Source: Thermococcus sp. JdFR-02 (GTDB lineage Archaea > Methanobacteriota_B > Thermococci > Thermococcales > Thermococcaceae). Taken from it: a stretch of DNA of 13,307 nucleotides. The stretch spans positions 1-13,307 of the forward strand of contig MTLP01000027.1 in NCBI GenBank assembly GCA_002009975.1. Direction: 5' to 3'. Positions 7,389-13,307 of this stretch are shown here, one piece after another. Each line of letters begins with the position of its first letter. Within the stretch, counting starts at the first letter, position 1. The notes under the pieces were generated by a model, which saw nothing but the letters and a program-made list of their open reading frames with translations, was not told the origin of the DNA and did not search any database. The position numbers were made by a program, and so were the translations under genes.

Positions 7389-8506
7389 GAATGTTTTTTG
7401 GCACATTCACCGGCATAACTCCGGCTTTGCACGTCAACACATTAGCTGTGGTAATAGGGAACTTTAAGATTCAAGAATTTAACTTTGTGATTTTGGTTTT
7501 TACTATGGGCTTAACCCATACTTTTCTTGACTCAATTCCTTCTACCTTTTTGGGCGTTCCTGAAGAAGACACAGCTTTAACTGTTTTACCCGCTCATAGA
7601 CTAGTATTAAAGGGAAAAGCGTTAGAGGTGATTAACATTTCCATAACGGCAAGTCTTCTATCTCTCTTCTTGGCGATTCCACTAATACCCTTATATTCCC
7701 ATCTAGTCAACCTTTATACCCCATCCATTGGGAAAGTCTTTGTTTTCGCCATGTTTTTGATCTTAATCTTCACGGAGAGAGGAATCAAAAAGATCTCTGC
7801 TCTTATTATATTTCTCCTTTCAGGCATTTTAGGACTCCTAATAGATTACTTACCCTTAAGAGAGCCTTATTTTCATATATTTGTTGGACTTTTTGGCATA
7901 CCAACTTTACTACAAGCATTAAACTCTTCATTTGAAGTTGGAGATGAAAACATAGAAATGAACAAAGGCAATTTCTTAAGGTTTTCATTTTTAGGGACGT
8001 TTTTTGGAATGCTCGCTTCTCTCTTACCAACCTTCACATCCTCTCAAGCAGCATTGATAGGAAGTTTTATTTCAAAAGATGAGCGCTCATTTCTAACGAT
8101 TGCTTTCTCAGCTAACACTGCAAACTTCTTTTTCAGCTTGCTTAATTTCTACTTCACTGGAAGAACAAGGAACGGTATCCTTGTAACAATAAAAGAGGGC
8201 TATCCGATATTAAGCAAAGAAGAGCTGATATTCTTAATCCTCTCCTCTTTTTTAGTTGGAATAATCGTCTATATCTACGGACTATTTCTTGCAAGAACCT
8301 TTGGAAAAATTATTCAAAGATTAAATTACAAAGCCTTGAGCATTTGTATAATCTCGGGAATATTTCTCTTCTCATTCTATTTGGATAGTGTCCTAGGAAT
8401 AGCGGTTTTAGTAACCTCTTCCTTAATTGGCCTACTTGCAGTAAATTTAGGAGTCAAAAGAACAAACTGCATGGGAGTTTTAATGCTAAAAATAATGATA
8501 AAATGA
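7367..8506 (+). CDS. Archaeal TctA-family (tripartite tricarboxylate transporter-like, COG1784) permease
   Basis: Highly hydrophobic. TctA signatures GTFTGITPALHVN, HTFLDSIPSTFLGVP, LPAHRLVLKGKA; internal repeat LGMFFGTFTGITP vs LGTFFGMLASLLP; C-terminal GVKRTNCMG. Overlaps the upstream gene by 22 nt. Confidence 0.88.
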   Translation: MFRELFLGMFFGTFTGITPALHVNTLAVVIGNFKIQEFNFVILVFTMGLTHTFLDSIPSTFLGVPEEDTALTVLPAHRLVLKGKALEVINISITASLLSLFLAIPLIPLYSHLVNLYTPSIGKVFVFAMFLILIFTERGIKKISALIIFLLSGILGLLIDYLPLREPYFHIFVGLFGIPTLLQALNSSFEVGDENIEMNKGNFLRFSFLGTFFGMLASLLPTFTSSQAALIGSFISKDERSFLTIAFSANTANFFFSLLNFYFTGRTRNGILVTIKEGYPILSKEELIFLILSSFLVGIIVYIYGLFLARTFGKIIQRLNYKALSICIISGIFLFSFYLDSVLGIAVLVTSSLIGLLAVNLGVKRTNCMGVLMLKIMIK

Positions 8507-8509
8507 AGA

Positions 8510-8809
8510 TCAGCCCTTTAAAAGTCTTTGAAATTCGTTATAATTTGTAACTATCCTTTTTCCGTCCAAAGTTTCAAAATAAATCTTCTTTATTTGAATC
8601 TTCTTCATTGAGGTATATTTCATCCTTGGGGGATCATAAGAACCGGGTTCAACTATTTCATCCTCTATTACATAGGTTTTTAGCTCAGGTTCCCCAATAT
8701 ATCTCCAAACTTCAAAGAAAACCTCTGGTGACAAATGGATTTCCCCTTCTACTTCCGTATAGTCTGCACCAATATCTTCTAAGAACTCCTTTATTACCTC
8801 TAAGTGCAT
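8510..8809 (-). CDS. Conserved small hypothetical protein of Thermococcales (probably DUF5748 family)
   Basis: 99-aa ORF with acidic N-terminal half and EPGSYDPP motif. GGTGA RBS precedes ATG 8809 (track start 8821). Family name recalled, not searched. Confidence 0.75.
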   Translation of the reverse strand: MHLEVIKEFLEDIGADYTEVEGEIHLSPEVFFEVWRYIGEPELKTYVIEDEIVEPGSYDPPRMKYTSMKKIQIKKIYFETLDGKRIVTNYNEFQRLLKG

Positions 8810-8877
8810 AGAAATCACCATATCTATGTATAGGTCTCATTGGTTAAATACTTACCGCCTTTAAATACGTAAAGCAC

Positions 8878-8893
8878 AAAAAGGATATATTAA
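8878..8893 (+). promoter_or_regulatory. Putative BRE/TATA promoter of the RlmI-like gene
   Basis: AAAAAGGA-TATATTAA about 30 nt upstream of ATG 8924; RBS GGGGTGAG at 8913-8920. Confidence 0.55.
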
Positions 8894-8923
8894 GAAATAA
8901 AGAGGGTAGAGAGGGGTGAGAAA

Positions 8924-10114
8924 ATGGCAAAAGTTTACGTTGATGCTCAAGCTTATCGTGCCCTTGAAAAAGGTGCAATGATTATTTTCAAAAAAGGCGT
9001 GATAAGAGTTGATGGTGAAATAAAGCCTGGAGATATAGTGGAAGTTTACTCAAGAGGAGGGAAATTCTTAGGTAAGGGTTTTGCCAATCCTAACTCAAAC
9101 ATTATGGTGAGACTTGTAACTAAGGAGAGAGATGTAGAGGTCGGAAAAGAATTGTTTAAAGAGCGCATAAGGAAGGCAAATGAATACCGGAAGAAGGTTT
9201 TGGGTTGTAACAAAGTGTATAGAATGGTTTATGGTGAAGCGGACTATTTACCGGGCTTAATTGTAGATAGATTCAATGATATAGCAGCAATCCAAATTTC
9301 AAGCGCTGGAATGGAACGCTTTAAATTGGATGTTGCTGAGGCGATATTGGAAGTCGAGCCAGAAATCGAAACTATTTTTGAGAAGAACACTGGAAGAGCA
9401 AGAAGAAGAGAGGGACTACCCGAAATCGAGAGAGTTCTGTTGGGAAAAGAAAAATATAGAACGATAATAAAGGAAGGAAAAGCAAAGTTTATAGTTGACA
9501 TGAGAGGACAAAAGACTGGGTTTTTCTTGGATCAAAGAGAAAATAGAATAGCTTTGGAGAAGTATGTAAAACCAGGAATGGAGGTTTTGGATGTTTTTAC
9601 ATACACCGGAGGATTTGCCATACATGCAGCGGTTGCAGGTGCTGAGAAAATCATTGCAATTGATAAATCAGCACAAGCCATAAAGCAGGCAAGGGAAAAT
9701 GCAAAATTGAATGGCGTTGAGGATAAGATGGAATTTATTGTAGGTTCTGCATTTCAGGAGATGGAGCGTCTAATTAAAGAAGGAAGGAAATTTGATATCG
9801 TGATTTTAGACCCTCCTGCATTTGTCCAGCATGAGAAAGACCTAAAGAATGGGTTGAGAGCATACTTTAACGTTAATTACCAAGGATTAAGGCTTTTAAA
9901 GGATGGAGGAATCTTAGTAACCTGCTCATGTTCTCAACACGTGGATATGCAGCTATTCAAAGACATGATTATTGCAGCATCAGCAAAGGCTGGCAAATTT
10001 CTAAAGATGCTTGAGCCCTATAGAACCCAAGCTCCAGATCATCCAATCCTCATGGCATCAAAAGACACCGAATATTTGAAATGCCTCTTCCTTTATGTTG
10101 AGGACATGAAGTGA
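8924..10114 (+). CDS. RlmI/YccW-like class I SAM-dependent rRNA cytosine-C5 methyltransferase (COG1092) with PUA domain
   Basis: N-terminal PUA-like domain; GEADYLPGLIVDRF, GQKTGFFLDQRENR, VLDVFTYTGGF, ILDPPAF, catalytic TCSCS, APDHP, EYLK. The target nucleotide cannot be determined from sequence. Confidence 0.93.
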   Translation: MAKVYVDAQAYRALEKGAMIIFKKGVIRVDGEIKPGDIVEVYSRGGKFLGKGFANPNSNIMVRLVTKERDVEVGKELFKERIRKANEYRKKVLGCNKVYRMVYGEADYLPGLIVDRFNDIAAIQISSAGMERFKLDVAEAILEVEPEIETIFEKNTGRARRREGLPEIERVLLGKEKYRTIIKEGKAKFIVDMRGQKTGFFLDQRENRIALEKYVKPGMEVLDVFTYTGGFAIHAAVAGAEKIIAIDKSAQAIKQARENAKLNGVEDKMEFIVGSAFQEMERLIKEGRKFDIVILDPPAFVQHEKDLKNGLRAYFNVNYQGLRLLKDGGILVTCSCSQHVDMQLFKDMIIAASAKAGKFLKMLEPYRTQAPDHPILMASKDTEYLKCLFLYVEDMK

Positions 10115-11589
10115 TGTCTATGAAGCTGGAGGATTTGATAATTAGAGAATTCTTTTTTCAGGAATTTAGGCATAGAATTAACTATTATGGGCAGGAAAAA
10201 TTTAAGAAGTTTTTAATAAGAGCTCCGTTGATACAAATAACCTTTACATCCATAGCATTCTTCATGTTTTCAGTATTCTTTTTAAAAGTTATGAAGCAAA
10301 TCGGAGAAACAGAGTTAATTTACGCTTCAATAACTGCTTCTATGCTTTCATTCATGACCTTAATTTCAATGTTTTTAACTGTAGAATTTTTCCATGCCGT
10401 ATCTAAAATTGGATTAATAAAACCCCTTTCTTATCTTCCCGTAAAAATTGAGCTTCTTCCTCTTAAAGCTTGGACCAAATATTATGTGCCTCCACTAATA
10501 GCGATTATGATTCCCTTTTACTTCAAAGCTTTGCTTTATTCAAAAATAACCTTCATCATTTCAATAGTGTGGACACTAATCTCTATCTCCATAGGGTATG
10601 GACTTGGGGCTTTAATTTCAACATATTCTCTAAGATTTCAGAGAAAAGGAGTGCTTGCTGATGCTTTAAAGCTAATACTAAGGAGTTTTATCGTCTTTCT
10701 AGTTCTACTCTTCATTTTCTATGGGATAGTATCTCCAGAAGTTTTTAAAGAAACTGCTATAATTAATAAGATCAATCCCCACCTCTATCCAGTTGTTCAA
10801 GCGATAACTCTCTTTTTCTCAATACAGGGAATTGTTAAATGGAAAGACATTGTCGCATATATTATCTTCTCGCTCTCTGTTCTTCTTATGGGAAACTCCC
10901 TAGTGATAAAGCACCTAAATGAAGGTGTGTATTCATCTGAGCTGAAAAATCCATTTAAACCATCTTCCTTTGGAAGATTTCCTTCCATAGTTGCTAAAGA
11001 CTTAAGACTAGCACTTAGAAGAGCTACTTCTATATTCATCATTATACTCCCTCTCGTCTTGATTCTGCCATTTCTCTTCCTTGAAGAGATTGATATCGCT
11101 ACATGGACTTTAGTAGTTAGCAGTACAGCTGCAATTTCATCACTTAATGTTCAAATTCTCTTAATTGAAGAATATAAAAGTGGATGGTTTGTGTTCTCTT
11201 TACCAATCACTCTTAGAGAATTCAGGAACTCAAAAGCCTTTGCTACAATTTTGCTTTATTTCCCTATTCTCGCGCTTATTACTCTCTCCGCTTATCTAAG
11301 TAAAATAGAAATTTGGAGCTTCCTCTTTATTCTCGGGTTAATAAAAAATGCCCTAATTTCAAGATTTGCCGTATTTTGGTTGACAAGAGATGTTGAAAGC
11401 GAATACACAATGATGCCTGCTTATCTAACAATAACTGATGCACTTGCAATATTTTCCTTTGCATTTTTCATAGTTACTTTGCCAGTAATCATAATAAAGT
11501 TCACATATAGTTTGGTGGGAATATACGGCGGTGTTGTATCTTTGGCTTTAGATTTTGTTTTGTTGTTCCTCCTCTATAAAGGAACATAA
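10111..11589 (+). CDS. Polytopic membrane protein, probable ABC-2-type exporter permease (two fused halves)
   Basis: About 12 hydrophobic segments; ABC-2-like motifs IVAKDLRLALRR and EEYKSGWFVFSLPITLREFRNSKA, echoed in the first half by LIKPLSYLPVK. Start could be GTG 10111, ATG 10114 or ATG 10120. Confidence 0.68.
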   Translation: MMSMKLEDLIIREFFFQEFRHRINYYGQEKFKKFLIRAPLIQITFTSIAFFMFSVFFLKVMKQIGETELIYASITASMLSFMTLISMFLTVEFFHAVSKIGLIKPLSYLPVKIELLPLKAWTKYYVPPLIAIMIPFYFKALLYSKITFIISIVWTLISISIGYGLGALISTYSLRFQRKGVLADALKLILRSFIVFLVLLFIFYGIVSPEVFKETAIINKINPHLYPVVQAITLFFSIQGIVKWKDIVAYIIFSLSVLLMGNSLVIKHLNEGVYSSELKNPFKPSSFGRFPSIVAKDLRLALRRATSIFIIILPLVLILPFLFLEEIDIATWTLVVSSTAAISSLNVQILLIEEYKSGWFVFSLPITLREFRNSKAFATILLYFPILALITLSAYLSKIEIWSFLFILGLIKNALISRFAVFWLTRDVESEYTMMPAYLTITDALAIFSFAFFIVTLPVIIIKFTYSLVGIYGGVVSLALDFVLLFLLYKGT

Positions 11590-11594
11590 TCAGG

Positions 11595-11608
11595 CACAAG
11601 CTTATAAA
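11595..11608 (+). promoter_or_regulatory. BRE/TATA promoter of the C/D box sRNA
   Basis: CACAAG-CTTATAAA; the TATA ends 25 nt upstream of the sRNA 5' stem at 11633. Confidence 0.65.
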
Positions 11609-11611
11609 TTA

Positions 11612-11620
11612 GAAAAAAAC
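11612..11620 (-). terminator. Putative oligo(U) terminator for the RlmF-related gene
   Basis: A7 at 11613-11619 on + reads T7 on -, the first long T-run downstream of the stop at 11692. Confidence 0.4.
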
Positions 11621-11632
11621 CAAATGAAGAAT

Positions 11633-11691
11633 GGCGGATGAAGAGAAAGCACCTCCTCTGAAAGGTGAAGACACGCCCACGGTCTGACGCC
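11633..11691 (+). ncRNA. Archaeal C/D box 2'-O-methylation guide sRNA (dual guide)
   Basis: Terminal stem GGCG(11633-36)/CGCC(11688-91); box C ATGAAGA (11638-44); 13-nt spacer GAAAGCACCTCCT; box D' CTGA (11658-61); box C' GTGAAGA (11665-71); 12-nt spacer CACGCCCACGGT; box D CTGA (11684-87). GC-rich island in an AT-rich intergenic region, with an upstream TATA. Confidence 0.92.
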
Positions 11692-12426
11692 TTAAATTTG
11701 GAAAATCAGCGAGTGTCTTATCCTTGTCCCAGCTTTGAATGTTATATCCTTAACTTTGTATCCACATTTTTCTGCTTCCTTCTTTATAGCATTCAAAAGA
11801 GGCTCTTTATTGGGCAAAAAGAGAGCAACTTTTCCTTTTGATCTCAAGTAGTCTTTTGCTTCACTCAAAAGCATTATTGAGAATTCCTCTCCATATTTTC
11901 CTCCACCAACAGCTTCAATTTTGGTGAGAACGCCCTTTGTTGGTTTTTCATAATAAGGAGGTGCTGAAAAAATAACATCAAACTTCTCTTCTTTTGGGAT
12001 TACTCCTCTAATTAGCCCCCCATTACTCCTGATTAGCCTTACTTTAGCGTTGTTTTTCTCTATGTTTGCTTTTGCATATCTAAGAAACTCTTCACTAACC
12101 TCAGTTGCCCAAACTTCACAATCAAATAGCTTATTCGCCATGATGGACATCAAAGCTGAATGCCCAGTGCCGATCTCAAGAACCTTCTCTTTTCCTCTCA
12201 AAAAGGTCTTAAGGAAAATATAGCGAGAAATCGGAGGGGTTACCAATGCTTTAGGATGATAATTAATATCCAAGCCAAAAACAGCTTTAGCTATTGCCCT
12301 ATTATATAAAATGCGAGCTTCCCTATTGCCAAAATCAAGTTTTCCATCTCTAACATATTTTTTAAGCTCTGGAAAAACCTTTACAGCATCTTGAATTTTT
12401 AAGCCAAGCTCTTTGATTTGCTTCAT
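11692..12426 (-). CDS. RlmF-related (DUF890-like) SAM-dependent methyltransferase
   Basis: LDFGNREARILYNRAIAK N-terminus, LVTPPISRY, SAM motif VLEIGTGHSA, WATEV, motif IV FDVIFSAPPYY, GGGKYGE, FKAGTRIR. Confidence 0.85.
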   Translation of the reverse strand: MKQIKELGLKIQDAVKVFPELKKYVRDGKLDFGNREARILYNRAIAKAVFGLDINYHPKALVTPPISRYIFLKTFLRGKEKVLEIGTGHSALMSIMANKLFDCEVWATEVSEEFLRYAKANIEKNNAKVRLIRSNGGLIRGVIPKEEKFDVIFSAPPYYEKPTKGVLTKIEAVGGGKYGEEFSIMLLSEAKDYLRSKGKVALFLPNKEPLLNAIKKEAEKCGYKVKDITFKAGTRIRHSLIFQI

Positions 12427-12449
12427 ATGTCGCTTTAAATGAGTAGCTG

Positions 12450-12464
12450 AATAAATATTTTTTC
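12450..12464 (-). promoter_or_regulatory. Putative BRE/TATA promoter for a leaderless RlmF-related mRNA, directly after a T-rich terminator-like tract of the M20 gene
   Basis: Minus strand reads TTTTCCTCTTTTT-GAAAAAATA-TTTATT; the TATA-like element ends 24 nt before ATG 12426, which has no RBS. Confidence 0.5.
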
Positions 12465-12479
12465 AAAAAGAGGAAAATA

Positions 12480-13307
12480 TCAAAGCAAGGCTAGAGCCGC
12501 CATCACTTTTGCATCTTCTATAATATTGTTAATTTTTGCATATTCATTTGGTTGATGTGCTGTTTCATCTAAAGTTGCCCACACAACGGCTGGAATTCCA
12601 AGCATTCTAAAGTAAGCAGCAAATGTTCCTCCTCCAATACCACCAACGTGAGCTTCTTTTCCTCTAAGCTTTTTAATTGCCTCTCTTAAGAGTTTAACAA
12701 TTTCACTATCCTTTGGTGTTGGAGCTGGGGCATCTACTCTTTGCAAAACTTCAAGCTCAATTTTTGGCAAAACTTCACCATTAATCTCTCTCCTGTACTC
12801 TTCTTCAATTTTTTCAGCTATTTCTTTTGCATCTTTTAGAATATCATCGAGATTATATTGAGGCAAAACCCTACAGTCAAAGATTAGTTCATGCTCTCCA
12901 GGGGCAATATTGGGGGCATCACTTGGATTTTTAACTATTGTAGGTTCAAAAGTGCTTTCAGGAGGATCAAAGACTTCATCTTTGGCATTGTATTTTTCGT
13001 GTAAGAATTTGTCCAATCTCAAAGCATAATCTAGAGCAACTCTATGGGCGTTTAAGCCCTTATCTGGCATACTTGCATGAACCTGCTTACCTTTAACCTT
13101 AATCTCCATCCAAAGAATGCTTTTCTCAGCTATTTCGATAAAAGTACCTTCTTCGTTTCCACCATCTGGTACTAGGACTAGGTCGTTTTTTCTGAACAAC
13201 TCTGGGTGGTTTTTGATTAGCCATTTTAATCCGTACTTGCTTCCTGTTTCTTCGTCACTAACAAATGCTAGGATTATTGTTCTTTTTGGTCTTATTCCCA
13301 AGTTCAT
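12480..13307 (-). CDS. M20 family metallopeptidase/deacylase (ArgE/DapE-like), 5' end outside the window
   Basis: FVSDEETGS, VPDGG, AEKSILW, GKQVHASMP, NIAPG, FDCR, GGGTFA, AHQPNEY. The N-terminal metal ligands are absent, so the gene starts beyond 13307. Confidence 0.92.
   Translation of the reverse strand: MNLGIRPKRTIILAFVSDEETGSKYGLKWLIKNHPELFRKNDLVLVPDGGNEEGTFIEIAEKSILWMEIKVKGKQVHASMPDKGLNAHRVALDYALRLDKFLHEKYNAKDEVFDPPESTFEPTIVKNPSDAPNIAPGEHELIFDCRVLPQYNLDDILKDAKEIAEKIEEEYRREINGEVLPKIELEVLQRVDAPAPTPKDSEIVKLLREAIKKLRGKEAHVGGIGGGTFAAYFRMLGIPAVVWATLDETAHQPNEYAKINNIIEDAKVMAALALL

Noticed and set aside
7367-8506. Literal annotation as a citrate (TctABC) transporter
   Set aside because: No TctB or TctC is adjacent; only family membership is supported, not the substrate.
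8500-8515. Convergent stop codons 3 nt apart as an antisense regulatory system
   Set aside because: Tight tail-to-tail packing is routine in compact Thermococcales genomes, and there is no further evidence.
4741-11042. Other short ORFs (4741-5094, 7806-8030, 8608-8811, 9244-9501, 9416-9625, 10470-10661, 10797-11042)
   Set aside because: Nested in or antisense to well-supported genes, with Ser/Phe/Leu-rich shadow composition or no motif support.
11624-11630. Extra ATGAAGA upstream of the sRNA as an alternative box C
   Set aside because: It lies outside the GGCG/CGCC stem, probably upstream of the predicted start, and would give a 27-nt spacer to box D'.

Overview
AT-rich archaeal chromosomal window, almost certainly Thermococcales, judged from protein similarity recalled from memory, GGTGA/GGAGG RBSs and BRE/TATA promoters. 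Minus strand: a cytoplasmic molybdopterin (DMSO-reductase family) oxidoreductase followed by the primase genes priL-priS. Divergently on the plus strand: two tandem single-domain KaiC-like (COG0467) ATPases, the first with intact catalytic motifs and the second degenerate, then a membrane-anchored, Cys- and sequon-rich protein with about five predicted OB folds overlapping an archaeal TctA-family permease with no TctB/TctC beside it. After these come a small acidic hypothetical protein, an RlmI-like rRNA methyltransferase, an orphan ABC-type permease, a dual-guide C/D box sRNA (11633-11691, invisible to the ORF track) with its own promoter and probable 16S rRNA targets, an RlmF-related methyltransferase and the 3' part of an M20 metallopeptidase. 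The best candidate for an undescribed system is the OB-fold + TctA pair as an archaeal DNA-uptake module, possibly regulated by the KaiC pair. No CRISPR array, IS element, tRNA, rRNA or intein was seen. No searches were run; family assignments come from motif reading.
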